A stretch of 63,961 nucleotides of DNA, the filler included, from a bacterium (GTDB lineage: Bacteria; UBA9089; CG2-30-40-21; SBAY01): NCBI GenBank assembly GCA_040757115.1. It is 8 parts of 8 records of this genome, joined end to end, with 100 filler letters (N's around TTAATTAATTAA, not from the genome) between each part and the next. Parts side by side here need not be neighbours in the genome. Positions count along the whole stretch, not along the records: positions 1 to 8,294 come from JBFLYA010000166.1; positions 8,395 to 16,633 come from JBFLYA010000167.1; 6 more parts are not named here. One strand, given 5' to 3'. Numbering within the stretch: the stretch's first letter is position 1; the number at the start of each line of letters is the position of its first letter. Below the pieces are notes generated by a model, which had not been told where the DNA came from, made no database searches, and worked only from the letters and a program-made list of their open reading frames with translations. The position numbers were made by a program, and so were the translations under genes. This document shows positions 1-10,089 of this stretch, in pieces.

Positions 1-122
1 TGTGGAAAACAACAAATTTCCATAAATTTCTATTAGTTTCTATTAATTTCAATTTTTTTAATAATATCTCCCTATCTCCTTAATCTCCACATCTCCTTTT
101 GTTACACCACCTGAACGCTTAC
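1..122 (-). mobile_element. Partial copy of ~230-bp palindromic MITE-like element A
   Basis: Reverse complement of the left half of the complete copy at 43274-43500; ends CCTGAACGCTTAC. Confidence 0.85.
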
Positions 123-247
123 GAATTAGTGAATGTTTCATGCAATCTTATACCTAAGCTCTTAATTGCTTTATTTTAATAGAGTTATACATCCATTAAA
201 ATTTGTTCATCGTCAAATCGAATATACTTTTTCTTGTCAACACTCAC

Positions 248-1117
248 TCAAGGTTTGACTCCAATCCCCTCTCTATTTATTTCCTCTTCTGAAAGTCCTG
301 TTATCTCAGCAATCATCTCCAATTTAAACCCTTTTTTATACATCGATTTAGCTGTCTCTATTAGTCCTTGTCGAATTCCTTGTTCTAACCCTTGTTGTAA
401 GCCTTTCTTTTCGGCATAAGAAATCGATGCCTTTTGAATATAGATGAAATCTTTCCTTTTATGCTGTATCTCTAATTCTTTAGCACTCAGACTTGCTTGA
501 TTGGCTATCTCAAATGCCTTCTTTATCTCTTTACTCATCCCCAGTGTTTTGGGTATGTAATTTAGCTTACCCGCATTTTTTATAAAATATATCCATTTAT
601 CCGTAATATCACTTAATTCACTTTCTTCCTTCTTGAATTTTGGCAACTCAATGAAGATTAATTCAATATCTCCACTATATTCAACTAACTCCTCCTTCTC
701 TATCAATCTGAAGTAACTGATGACCTTTGTCCACTCACTAAACATCTCAAAATCAGTAATAGTGATAGCAATAATCGGGTTTAATAGATAAAATTCATCA
801 CCACATAAAAGTTGAGTAGAATATGCCTTCGCCGCATTGTAGAGAATCCTTTTTTCTAATCCTTCATAATTTAATATCTGCATCTCAATAAGGACGCCAC
901 TACCATCTGATAACATTGCCTTGACATCAACATAGGTATCCTTCATCCCTTTAAGTAACGGTATCTGATATGGGTCAACGATGGTTAAATCTTCAATAAT
1001 GCTTCCATCTTTGAATTTAACCACTGAGTTTATAAAGTTTATAAGTATATCTTTTGATTGTTTGCTTCCAAATACCTTTTTAAAGGCAAAGTCTGTTTTT
1101 ACATCCAAAAACTGCAT
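248..1117 (-). CDS. Rpn family recombination-promoting nuclease / PD-(D/E)XK putative transposase
   Basis: DFAFKKVFG, DVKA..IEMQ, FIELPKF, W.YF.K motifs, QQGL repeats and IAEITGLS tail; ATG at 1117 with GAGG RBS preferred over 1171. Confidence 0.92.
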   Translation of the reverse strand: MQFLDVKTDFAFKKVFGSKQSKDILINFINSVVKFKDGSIIEDLTIVDPYQIPLLKGMKDTYVDVKAMLSDGSGVLIEMQILNYEGLEKRILYNAAKAYSTQLLCGDEFYLLNPIIAITITDFEMFSEWTKVISYFRLIEKEELVEYSGDIELIFIELPKFKKEESELSDITDKWIYFIKNAGKLNYIPKTLGMSKEIKKAFEIANQASLSAKELEIQHKRKDFIYIQKASISYAEKKGLQQGLEQGIRQGLIETAKSMYKKGFKLEMIAEITGLSEEEINREGIGVKP

Positions 1118-1221
1118 ATTTTTATTCCTCCTTGACTGATAGGAAATTGCTTTTTGAAACTGAGAGGACATTGCTTTTTGAGTGTTTTGGTATTATATCC
1201 ATTTGTGCCCATTGTGAGGAT

Positions 1222-1250
1222 ATTTTACCACAAATTTTATCCTTTGTCAA
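1222..1250 (-). promoter_or_regulatory. Sigma70-type promoter for rpn
   Basis: TTGACA-17 bp-TAAAAT on the minus strand. Confidence 0.6.
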
Positions 1251-1345
1251 CAAAAAATTCGGTAACCCGTTCAAGGTTATACATTAGAAGTGTAAACAAG
1301 GAGAAATGGGGAAAAGGGAGAATTGGAGAAATGGCTCAAACTTTT

Positions 1346-1530
1346 CCACCTATGCGATTAGACTAATTCATCGCAGAGACGCAAAGAAAAAATAAATGTA
1401 AAATGTAAAATAGGAAATGAAAAATGGGAAATTTTACTACTTCGCAAGACTCATTACCTTTCAGTTATACATTTTCATTGGACATTTTTCATTTTACATT
1501 ATCCATTTTACATTTAACCGCACAGGTCGA
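1346..1530 (-). mobile_element. MITE-like element B (CCACC/CGACCTGTGCG TIR)
   Basis: Near-identical reverse copy of 17376-17545 and 52121-52304; truncates the GxxExxY ORF. Confidence 0.85.
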
Positions 1531-1741
1531 AAAGCTCAAGTCTATGAATCCCAACCTCAACACCTTGATAGAATATCTTAACTTCTTTTTCTGATTCAAA
1601 GATGATGTTCTGTCTTGCAAACTCAACCTTCAAGGCATTGTGATAGATGCTCTCCAGAAAACCAGGTCCTAACTTTTTATGGACATTAATACAGACATTA
1701 ATAATCCTATTAGTTAACTCTTCTTTTCTCCACTTCTCCAT
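1531..1741 (-). pseudogene. GxxExxY protein (PD-(D/E)XK-like), N-terminal half
   Basis: ELTNRIINVCINVHKKLGPGFLESIYHNAL; reading frame runs into element B. Confidence 0.88.
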
Positions 1742-1836
1742 CTTCTCCCTTTCTCCTTATTTTTATCCTACCTGAACCCTTCACCTAACCGCACAGGTCG
1801 AAAATATGGTATACATAGGTTATATGTTTCAAAAGT

Positions 1837-4188
1837 CTATATCCTTTGGCTATTAGGGTGACTATTAAAAATCTCAATTTGTGCCGTTGTTGAGTATAAA
1901 TTGATGACCAGAACATCATCCGCATCAATTGCTAATTCAAGCTCATCTTTAGATTTAATTAAAACCGAAGATTCCTTGTAGGAAAAGAGTTTTGTTGCTT
2001 TAATAAAATTCAGGTCTTTGAATTTTAAAATTCCTTCTTGTTTTCCCAGCCGATTGATGATAAAGACTAAATACCCTTCTCCCAAATTTCTTATTACTAC
2101 TTCTATTTCCAGACTGGTTAAGATTTTTTGTTCAACATCTGAAATTTTCATAAGATGAGTAATAAAGTTGGTTAAAGATGTTCTTGTGGATTTAGAGAGT
2201 TGGTAGTAAGTTGGTGTAAGAAAACAACCACCAGGGAGTGTGCCAATGACGATACTTTTGCCCAACCCGAGCTGAGATATGTAGCCAACAGGTTTGCCTT
2301 TATATTTTAAGATGGGGGCGACTGCCTTTTCATAAAAACTTAGATAATAATCTGCTCGAATATCTCCTACCTCTGATTTTATCTCTATCCCTTTATATCT
2401 GGCATATTGTCCCACCAACAAAGGTTCAAAGGTATCACAGATATGCATCTGGGTCTTATGTGCCTTTTTCAAACTCGGTCTTGTCCAAAGATTGTATTTG
2501 ATAAGAAAATGCCAAACAAGATGCTTAAGCAACCTTAAACGGTCAGGGTAAATTTCTTGCGAGGGAATTTCTGGATAAATATCAGTTACTTGTAATGGAT
2601 TACCATAAATATCCTCAGTAATGGGTTTGGGAAAGGTAATAAGATTGCCACCGTGTTTAATATATTCCCTTAGTTTCTCTAATAAATCTGGCGAAATAAA
2701 CCCTTTGGTCGGAAATATAACCACTTTAAATCTCTTCAAATCCTTAACCCTTTCTATGGATAAAATTTCGGGATTAAAACCTGCCTGAAGAAGTAAGGCG
2801 TAAATGCCATAATGCCCTAAAAAAGCCATATATTTGATAGGGTCTGGAAATATTTGAAAAGGAAGATAATCTTGCGGCGTAAATCTAAAATTAGGGAAAT
2901 AGGTTAAAATCGCAATTGGGTCATAAATTGTGGTGGATGAGATTAGCATTTGCTCATTCTCTACAATAAATTTATTAACCTTAGTGACTAAATCATATCC
3001 TGGGGTAGTATTTCCCTGATAATCAAGGATGGATTTAAAATTATAAATTTCACCAGTTATCTCTATGCCATCATGAACAGGGAATAGACAAAATCCTTTG
3101 ACGCCGTGGGCAATTGACCCCATCATTACCTGTAATGTTGCCTCATTTGACACATAAGCCCTTTTATCAAACCAACCACTGCCTAATTCACCAGCAAACA
3201 ATGGTTTTTTAGAAGTATAAGCTTTAAATAACGCCGGATATTGGGAATTAGAAAAAGGAAAATCTGCGGTATAAAGGCTACCAGTTGCTTTGGTGTACAA
3301 ATTATAAGCATAAATATCTCCGATAGGTTCTTTTAATTCGGGATTGGCTGGAGAAAGATATGTGGCTGATTCGTTGATAAGCAGAGGTAAATCAACCCCT
3401 GATTCTTTAATCAACTCTTTAAGTTTCAACAGATACTCTGTTACCCATATTTCCAAAAAAATCTGCCACTCCATAGCCTCCTGACGACCAAATATTTTCT
3501 CTGGAGGTAAAATCTCTGAAAAAGATGAATAGTTCTTCTTAAAGACCTGATTCAGGGTAGATAGAGCCTGATATTTTTGTTCTAAAAAACTCTGGTAATG
3601 ATTGATGGTGTCAGGATTAAAATCTAATTCCCCAAGTTGGTTATAGAACATAAGTCCGGTTTCATTATCTATCTGGAATAAAACAATAGGGTCATTAAAA
3701 TATGGCTGGATGACATCAATAACCGCAGAAAACCATTTTTTGATTAATGAAAGGTAGGCAGGATGGAGTAAGGAATAATTATAGTAAAAATCTCCCTTAT
3801 GTGGTTTACCATTGGGCTTAAGCATCACGGTTTCTTTATATCTCTCTCCAATCCATAAAGGATTACCCAATCCCTGGTATTCGGCGTAGATGAGGGGTCC
3901 TGGCTTGATAACTAAAAACAAACTCTTTTTTTTACATTCTTCTATAAAGCCAATTAAATCTCTTTCTGGATAGGTTTTCCCTCTAAAATCAAAGTTACCT
4001 TCCTCTACCTCGTGCCAGACCCAGGGGACATAAGTTGAAATACCATTAAAGCCAATAGATTTTAGTTTTGAAAGTCCTTCTGCCCAGAGTTTTTTCTTTA
4101 TTCTAAAATACTGGAATTCACCGATGAGCAAAAATCTTTCTTTTTCCTGTAAGGTAAAAACTCCATTTTTTATATTCAGGCTTTTCAT
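1837..4188 (-). CDS. Beta-galactosidase (GH35/GH42-like)
   Basis: GEFQYFR, STYVPWVWHE, KPGPLIYAE, FQIDNE, ELGSGWF motifs. Confidence 0.85.
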   Translation of the reverse strand: MKSLNIKNGVFTLQEKERFLLIGEFQYFRIKKKLWAEGLSKLKSIGFNGISTYVPWVWHEVEEGNFDFRGKTYPERDLIGFIEECKKKSLFLVIKPGPLIYAEYQGLGNPLWIGERYKETVMLKPNGKPHKGDFYYNYSLLHPAYLSLIKKWFSAVIDVIQPYFNDPIVLFQIDNETGLMFYNQLGELDFNPDTINHYQSFLEQKYQALSTLNQVFKKNYSSFSEILPPEKIFGRQEAMEWQIFLEIWVTEYLLKLKELIKESGVDLPLLINESATYLSPANPELKEPIGDIYAYNLYTKATGSLYTADFPFSNSQYPALFKAYTSKKPLFAGELGSGWFDKRAYVSNEATLQVMMGSIAHGVKGFCLFPVHDGIEITGEIYNFKSILDYQGNTTPGYDLVTKVNKFIVENEQMLISSTTIYDPIAILTYFPNFRFTPQDYLPFQIFPDPIKYMAFLGHYGIYALLLQAGFNPEILSIERVKDLKRFKVVIFPTKGFISPDLLEKLREYIKHGGNLITFPKPITEDIYGNPLQVTDIYPEIPSQEIYPDRLRLLKHLVWHFLIKYNLWTRPSLKKAHKTQMHICDTFEPLLVGQYARYKGIEIKSEVGDIRADYYLSFYEKAVAPILKYKGKPVGYISQLGLGKSIVIGTLPGGCFLTPTYYQLSKSTRTSLTNFITHLMKISDVEQKILTSLEIEVVIRNLGEGYLVFIINRLGKQEGILKFKDLNFIKATKLFSYKESSVLIKSKDELELAIDADDVLVINLYSTTAQIEIFNSHPNSQRI

Positions 4189-5459
4189 AGCATTATTTTT
4201 TCTATTTCCATCATAATTTTTCCCGTAGCACCTAAGTTTTCCTTAACTAATTCAAAGGCAGATTGACCTGATTTAGCAAGTAATTCTTGGTGGGTTAATA
4301 ATCGTATCATTATAGTTGTCAATCCTTGCGAAGTGGTAACGACAAATCCTGCTCCTCTTTCGACTAATAATCTTGCCTCTTTAGAATTATTTATCCGGGG
4401 GCCGAAAAAGACGGGTTTACCCATAACCGCTGGCTCAAGACAATTATGCACCCCATAACCAAAACTCCCTCCCACATAAGTCAAATCCCCCAGTTGATAA
4501 AGTCGGGCTAATAGCCCTATCCGGTCCACGACGATTACTTTTGCATCACCAATTGTGCGGGATTCTTCTAATGTTGACCATTTGATAGATAAAAGGTTTA
4601 ATTTTGAGGTCATTTTTTCTATTTCCTTCAATCTTTCAGAATTTGGTTCATGCGGGACTAAAATTAAGATTAAATCTTTAAATTGGCTCAGGAGGTGCTT
4701 ATATGCGGATAATATTATTTCCTCATCCTTTTGCCAGGTGCTTCCAGCGACAATTATTTTCGCCTCATCCGGGAAAAAGTTTCGGGTTTTAGATTCTTCT
4801 TTTTTGACCTTGATTAATCTTTGATATACCTGGTCATATCGGGTATCGCCAGTAACTAAAATTTTAGTTTGTGTAGTTAATGTTTTAAAAATCGTCTCAT
4901 CCTCTTTTAAAATGGCACAAATGGTGTCAAGAGAACTATATACCTGTTTATAAAATGATTTTGTAAGCAAGTTCAATTTGGTGTGGGAAAGGCTTCCGTC
5001 AGCTAAAAGTATTGGAATCTTCATTTTTTTCGCTTGCCAGACAAGATTAGGCCAGAGGTCATATTTAATAAAAATAAGTCCGGCTGGATTAACAAGTTTA
5101 AGCATTTTTTTAGTATTAGCGGCTGTATCAAACGGTAGATAGGAAACAATATCGGCGTCTTTATAATTAATATTAGGTTCATAGCCTGATGGAGAGAAGA
5201 AGGTAACTAATATTTGGACATCCTTTTTTTCTTTTAAAGTGCTAATGATAGGTTTTGCCTGCTCAAATTCTCCCATCGAACTGATATGAAACCAGAGCCA
5301 TTTCCCTGGGGTTAATTTCTTCTTTAACTTAAGGATAAGTTTTTTTCTTCCGACTAACCCTTTTCTTATCTTTTCATTAAAAACAGCCCCTAAAAAGAAT
5401 CCAGAATAAAGAAGTGGTAACCCCAGGGCGTTATAGAATATTTGGTAAAAAAGTTTCAT
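4185..5459 (-). CDS. waaA: 3-deoxy-D-manno-octulosonic acid (Kdo) transferase
   Basis: WFHISSMGE, YLPFD, YDLWPN, GDTRYD, AGSTW, VGGSF..HNCLEPA. Confidence 0.93.
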   Translation of the reverse strand: MKLFYQIFYNALGLPLLYSGFFLGAVFNEKIRKGLVGRKKLILKLKKKLTPGKWLWFHISSMGEFEQAKPIISTLKEKKDVQILVTFFSPSGYEPNINYKDADIVSYLPFDTAANTKKMLKLVNPAGLIFIKYDLWPNLVWQAKKMKIPILLADGSLSHTKLNLLTKSFYKQVYSSLDTICAILKEDETIFKTLTTQTKILVTGDTRYDQVYQRLIKVKKEESKTRNFFPDEAKIIVAGSTWQKDEEIILSAYKHLLSQFKDLILILVPHEPNSERLKEIEKMTSKLNLLSIKWSTLEESRTIGDAKVIVVDRIGLLARLYQLGDLTYVGGSFGYGVHNCLEPAVMGKPVFFGPRINNSKEARLLVERGAGFVVTTSQGLTTIMIRLLTHQELLAKSGQSAFELVKENLGATGKIMMEIEKIML

Positions 5460-5470
5460 TTATATCCAAC

Positions 5471-6229
5471 CTACTGTTTTTCTTTTCCAATTAAGTTTAA
5501 GAAAGGTTGAAGGATATCTATTGGAATTGGAAAGACAACCGTTGTATTTTTTTCAACCCCTATTTCAGTTAAGGTTTGTAAATATCTGAGTTGAACGGCG
5601 ACAGGAACTTTATTGATAACCTCAGCGGCTTGAGTTAATTTTTCTGCCGCCAGGAATTCACCTTCGGCATGAATAATCTTCGCCCGCTTTTCCCGTTCTG
5701 CCTCAGCCTGTTTTGCCATTGCTCGTTTCATCGCCTCAGGTAACTCAACATCCTTTACCTCAACCACACTTACCTTTATTCCCCATGGGTCTGTTTGAGA
5801 ATCGATTATTCGCTGTAACTCCTGATTTATTTTATCCCGATGTGCTAATAACTCATCTAATTCTGATTGTCCAAGAACACTTCTTAAGGTCGTTTGAGCA
5901 ATTTGCGAAGTCGCATAAACATAATTAGTGATTTTAGTAATCGCATTTGCTGGATTAAGCACTCGGAAATAACAAACAGCATTAACTCGAACAGTCACAT
6001 TATCCCGCGTAATGACTTCTTGTGGTGGAATATCCATTGTAACAGTTCTTAAATCAACCTTATTCCATTGTTCAAATAATGGAATAATATAAATAATCCC
6101 TGGTCCCCGGTCACCAACTAACCTTCCCAATCTAAAAACTACGGCTCTTTCATACTCACGCAAAACCTTAATTCCGCCAATTAAAAGCACAATCGCAAAA
6201 CCTATCACCACTAATGAAATATGTCCCAT
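5471..6229 (-). CDS. Slipin/stomatin SPFH-domain protein
   Basis: [35 protein letters not shown]; downstream of nfeD. Confidence 0.95.
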   Translation of the reverse strand: MGHISLVVIGFAIVLLIGGIKVLREYERAVVFRLGRLVGDRGPGIIYIIPLFEQWNKVDLRTVTMDIPPQEVITRDNVTVRVNAVCYFRVLNPANAITKITNYVYATSQIAQTTLRSVLGQSELDELLAHRDKINQELQRIIDSQTDPWGIKVSVVEVKDVELPEAMKRAMAKQAEAEREKRAKIIHAEGEFLAAEKLTQAAEVINKVPVAVQLRYLQTLTEIGVEKNTTVVFPIPIDILQPFLNLIGKEKQ

Positions 6230-6261
6230 TTTTTTCTAACCTCCTTTGTTTGGTAATTTGT

Positions 6262-6626
6262 TAGGGTTCTGCAAAACCAGGAAACTGTAGTTTTTAAGCA
6301 GGTATTTAAAACCTCTATTTTTATCAATTTCATCCAAAGAGCAAAATGCAAAAAGCAAATATAAAAATTACATATCAAAATGTAAAATTATCTCTTTCCT
6401 TTCAGCGCTACTTCCTATTGCTCACCAATTCTTTGAGAAACACTATCCTTTGGCAACTTATCGATGAATTCTATAAGTCGCAGAGTAAAGTTATACACTC
6501 TTTTCTTGAAGTCCTTTTTGAAATTTGATTTGTAATTTTGCATTTTGATATTTATATTTGATATTTAATATTTGATATTTGATATTTATTTATTGTCTCC
6601 CCCAAATCCTATTTTGCAGAACCCTA
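6262..6626. mobile_element. TIR element (TAGGGTTCTGCAAAA) carrying a four-helix-bundle remnant
   Basis: 15-bp inverted ends; TTGGTAATTTGT on both flanks; 7-nt AAATATC-type arms. Confidence 0.75.
6388..6543 (-). pseudogene. Four helix bundle protein, frameshifted and internally deleted
   Basis: MQNYKSNFKKDFKKRVYNFTLRLIEFIDK/LPKDSVSQRIGEQ joined to LKGKR-stop. Confidence 0.75.
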
Positions 6627-6691
6627 TTGGTAATTTGTAATTGGTTAAATGGTAACTGGTTAAATACTTATCATATAACCGCTACCGAGTA

Positions 6692-8038
6692 TCAATTACC
6701 AAATTTCCTTATCTTTAATTTTAATCCTTCCATTCCGACTATTTTTACTTTTTCACCTTCTTCAATCACCTCCTCGTCTTCAGTTATAGCCTCCCATATT
6801 TCACCTTGAGCAAAGACCAATCCTTGTTTTGATATTTTTGTTTTAGCTATGGCAGACTCTCCAATTATTCCTTCTTTTCCAGTAGTTACCTTGCGTCGAT
6901 GAGCGCGAATACTCAACCCAATAGCAATAAAGGAGGCTAAAGCAGTGCAAATTGCCACGGCTAAAATTAAATTCCTGGAAATAGTGATGAAAGGAGCGGC
7001 AGAAGAGTCAATCAAGATAAAAGAACCAAATATCAAGGATATACCACCTCCTATGCTTAATAGCCCATGTGAAGGGGCAAATGCCTCTAATATTAAGAGG
7101 ATGAAACCAAGAATAATTAGAAGTAAGCCGGCTAAATTAATTGGCAGACTTTGTAGTCCAAAGAAGGCTAATATCAAACAAATACTGCCACAAACAGCCC
7201 CTAATCCTACGCCCGGAGAGGCAAATTCATAGATAAGCCCATAAATACCCAGCATTAATAAAATATAAGCCACATTTGGCTCGGCAATGGCGTGGAGGAA
7301 TTTCTCTCTAAAATTCATCTTAATTTCTTGCGTGGCTATGCCTTTTGTTACAAGTTTAATTGTCTCTTTTTTCTTTTTTATGATTTTTCCATTTAATTTT
7401 TTAAGAAGGTCTGAGAAATCTTCGGCAATAAAGTCAATTACTTTAAGGTTAAGAGCCTCTTTTTCTGTAATAGATTTGCTTTTGCGCACAGCATCTTCTG
7501 CCCATTTGATATTGCGTCCTTTTTCCTCAGCAATGCTTTTAACCCCTGCGACTAAATCATTGGTAATTTTATCTTCCATAACCCCAGCACTTTTTGTTCC
7601 TTCGCTTTGAAAAGGAGCACTACCCATAGTTACCGGATGTGCGGCACCAATATGGGTCATTGGTGCCATAGCGATGACATCACAGGCTAAAGAAATAAAT
7701 ACACCCGCAGAAGCCGCCCTTGCACCTCGTGGGGAAATGTAAGTAATAATCGGGATTTTAGAGTTAAGTATTTCCTTGACAATATTATGGGTAGAACTGA
7801 CAAGTCCTCCTGGGGTATCCATTTCAATGATTAAACATACAGCCTCCTCTTTAACCGCCTTATTAATCGCATTGACTACAAATCGCTCGGTCACAGGATT
7901 AATTACACCTTCTATCTTGATCTGATAAATAATCTCTGTCTTTGCCCAAACAGGGCTATAAATAAACAGGAATATTACGGTTAAAAAAATCAATTTCCAC
8001 TTGGGCATCTTTTTCTCTCCCCTTGAATAGGTTATCAC
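6692..8038 (-). CDS. nfeD: NfeD membrane-bound serine protease (ClpP class)
   Basis: MDTPGGL, RAASAG, IGAAHPV, TM helices, C-terminal GEIWEA OB domain; start may be 8008. Confidence 0.93.
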   Translation of the reverse strand: MITYSRGEKKMPKWKLIFLTVIFLFIYSPVWAKTEIIYQIKIEGVINPVTERFVVNAINKAVKEEAVCLIIEMDTPGGLVSSTHNIVKEILNSKIPIITYISPRGARAASAGVFISLACDVIAMAPMTHIGAAHPVTMGSAPFQSEGTKSAGVMEDKITNDLVAGVKSIAEEKGRNIKWAEDAVRKSKSITEKEALNLKVIDFIAEDFSDLLKKLNGKIIKKKKETIKLVTKGIATQEIKMNFREKFLHAIAEPNVAYILLMLGIYGLIYEFASPGVGLGAVCGSICLILAFFGLQSLPINLAGLLLIILGFILLILEAFAPSHGLLSIGGGISLIFGSFILIDSSAAPFITISRNLILAVAICTALASFIAIGLSIRAHRRKVTTGKEGIIGESAIAKTKISKQGLVFAQGEIWEAITEDEEVIEEGEKVKIVGMEGLKLKIRKFGN

Positions 8039-8167
8039 ATTCGCTGTAGCACGCTAAACACATACTCACTTTGACTATTTTCTCTCTATAGCACTTATTA
8101 ATCGAAATTTGACATAGATATGGCTCTGAAATTCCAAATCACAAATTCCAAATTCCAAATAAATTCA

Positions 8168-8294
8168 TAACCGTTCAGGCTATATATCAAAAGTGTAAGA
8201 AAGGGGATAAGGAGATAAGAGTGATATGGAGATAAGATAATAGAATATAGATTGAAATTTATAGAAATAGGTAGAAATTGATTGTGGAAAACAA
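8168..8294 (-). mobile_element. Partial element A at contig end
   Basis: TAACCGTTCAGGCTATATATC..., reverse complement of the right half of 43274-43500. Confidence 0.85.
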
Positions 8295-8394
8295 NNNNNN
8301 NNNNNNNNNNNNNNNNNNNNNNNNNNNNNNNNNNNNNNTTAATTAATTAANNNNNNNNNNNNNNNNNNNNNNNNNNNNNNNNNNNNNNNNNNNN
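8295..8394. other. Artificial contig linker (also 16634-16733, 24946-25045, 33243-33342, 41510-41609, 49753-49852, 57995-58094)
   Basis: 100-bp N44-TTAATTAATTAA-N44 spacer with stops in all six frames. Confidence 0.99.
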
Positions 8395-8720
8395 AGATAA
8401 AGAAGGCATTTGAGATAGCCAATCAAGCAAGTCTGAGTGCTAAAGAATTAGAGATACAGCATAAAAGGAAAGATTTCATCTATATTCAAAAGGCATCGAT
8501 TTCTTATGCCGAAAAGAAAGGGTTACAACAAGGATTAGAACAAGGATTAGAACAAGGATTAGAACAAGGGTTACAACAAGGAATTCAACAAGGATTACAA
8601 CAAGGACTAATAGAGACAGCTAAATCGATGTATAAAAAAGGGTTTAAATTGGAGATGATTGCTGAGATAACAGGACTTTCAGAAGAGGAGATAAATAGGG
8701 TTGTAAGAGTAGTGAATTAG
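8395..8720 (+). CDS. Rpn family nuclease paralog, 3' end only (contig-truncated)
   Basis: Near-identical to the 3' end of 248-1117; seven rather than three 12-nt QQGL units; ends EEEINRVVRVVN. Confidence 0.85.
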
Positions 8721-8897
8721 CGATTAGCAAATATTAATTTATCGAGCTCTCTCAACATCTCCAGAGCGCGGATTTGACTGAAGTTTAAAACCAACCGTTC
8801 TTTTATCTTCCCCCCAATTTTTACCATCACAACATCACCAATTCCTGAGCCTGTCAGGACAGGTTTCTGATTTATTCCAGGGCTGGCAACATTTTTT

Positions 8898-9635
8898 CGA
8901 CCTGTGCAGTTAAGATAAACCACGAAGGGCACGAAGACCACGAAGAAAAAATATTGGTAACCGTTCAACCCCTACATTTGGGCTTTTAGGAATTACAAAA
9001 CACAAAATATAGTATTTTGAGAGCCTGTTTTGCTTCCTTTTTTGAGCCTATAAAAAGCGGTGGTTACTATATGTAGGGGGCACCAGCAATTATCACCAAA
9101 CATCTTGCGTTTCACCCACCTGAACGGTTACAAATATTGTAACTATTCAGTAATTATTCAGCCACAGATTAACACGGATAAATAGCAGATAGTAGAGGAC
9201 AAGAGCTAAGATGCAAGGGGCGAGAGAGCAGAGGGGAGAGATAGATGTCCCTCGCTGGCGGGGGATTAAGGGGATGGAAGTTATAGCACTTATTAATCGA
9301 AACTTAACATAGAACGGATAGAAATTTAACTATCAATTGAATGAATGTAGAATATCGAATAATGAATTTAGAATAATGAAGTTTTAGTATTACTTCTACA
9401 TTCAATATTCAATATTTTTCATTTTATGGAAACTTTTGATGAATAACTACTATAGAAGGAGAAAAGCCCTTCAGCCTACAGCACGGATACCGGAGATGCC
9501 TCAGGGATTTTTCCGCGTTTCATCCATGTCCATCTGTGGCTGAATAGTTACGATTTGGTTTATAATTCTTCGTGCCCTTCGTGTGCTTCGTGGTTTTAAA
9601 AGATGTGAGGAAGGTTAATCTAACCGCACAGGTGG
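8898..9635. mobile_element. Composite nested MITE with CGACC/CCACCTGTGC TIR
   Basis: Perfect 8-bp TSD CATTTTTT (8890-8897, 9636-9643); contains further TIR elements. Confidence 0.85.
8957..9131. mobile_element. MITE with GTAACCGTTCA TIR
   Basis: GTAACCGTTCA...TGAACGGTTAC with perfect 8-bp TSD AAATATTG. Confidence 0.85.
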
Positions 9636-9780
9636 CATTTTTTTCTTGACTTTCTCCCATTTTTATTGGTTTTAATTACCACTATTACTATTATCGGCAA
9701 AGAACCTTCTTCTCTTGATTCCTTTGAACTTCATGGAAGTTTTTTCATAATTAGAATTACTGGTTCCTTTCAAAAAGATA

Positions 9781-9810
9781 TTGACAAAGGTTCATCAGAT
9801 ATGCTATACT
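9781..9810 (+). promoter_or_regulatory. Sigma70-type promoter
   Basis: TTGACA-18 bp-TATACT with TG extended -10. Confidence 0.55.
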
Positions 9811-9830
9811 TTTTAAAAAAGGTAAGAATT

Positions 9831-10052
9831 ATCCCTACAAAAAACCCAAGAATTATGAGAGGCCTTGACTTACCCCTTCAGGAATGGGTAAAAAAGACGG
9901 CTCAATCAGAGGGTATATCTGTTTATTTAAGATTAAGGGACTTAGTTTGTCAAATCTATGAGTTATCCGAAGATGCATAGTGGTCTAACATTAGAGAAGA
10001 GAGAATGCTCTCTTTCAATAAAGAAAAAGCAGTAACTCATAGTCAAGTCTGG
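9831..10052 (+). pseudogene. RHH-type antitoxin pseudogene
   Basis: (ATC)PTKNPRI...EGISV.LRLRDLV...ED-stop-WSNIREERMLSFNKEKAVTHSQVW; lost start and internal TAG. Confidence 0.6.
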
Positions 10053-10089
10053 GTTTCCATTCTAAAGAACACCCTAAGGAAAGAGCACA

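Noticed and set aside
6388-6543. Four-helix-bundle remnants as Avd of a diversity-generating retroelement
   Set aside because: No reverse transcriptase and no TR/VR pair with adenine-specific mismatches in the window.
6346-6809. Short ORFs across repeat elements (also 1154, 8717, 17125, 22625, 22741, 24003, 24716, 33365, 37800, 37835, 41119, 41159, 49467)
   Set aside because: Translations of MITE/attC sequence without RBS or family motifs.
8339-8350. TTAATTAATTAA palindrome inside N runs as a biological motif
   Set aside because: Identical in all seven gaps; an artificial six-frame-stop linker.
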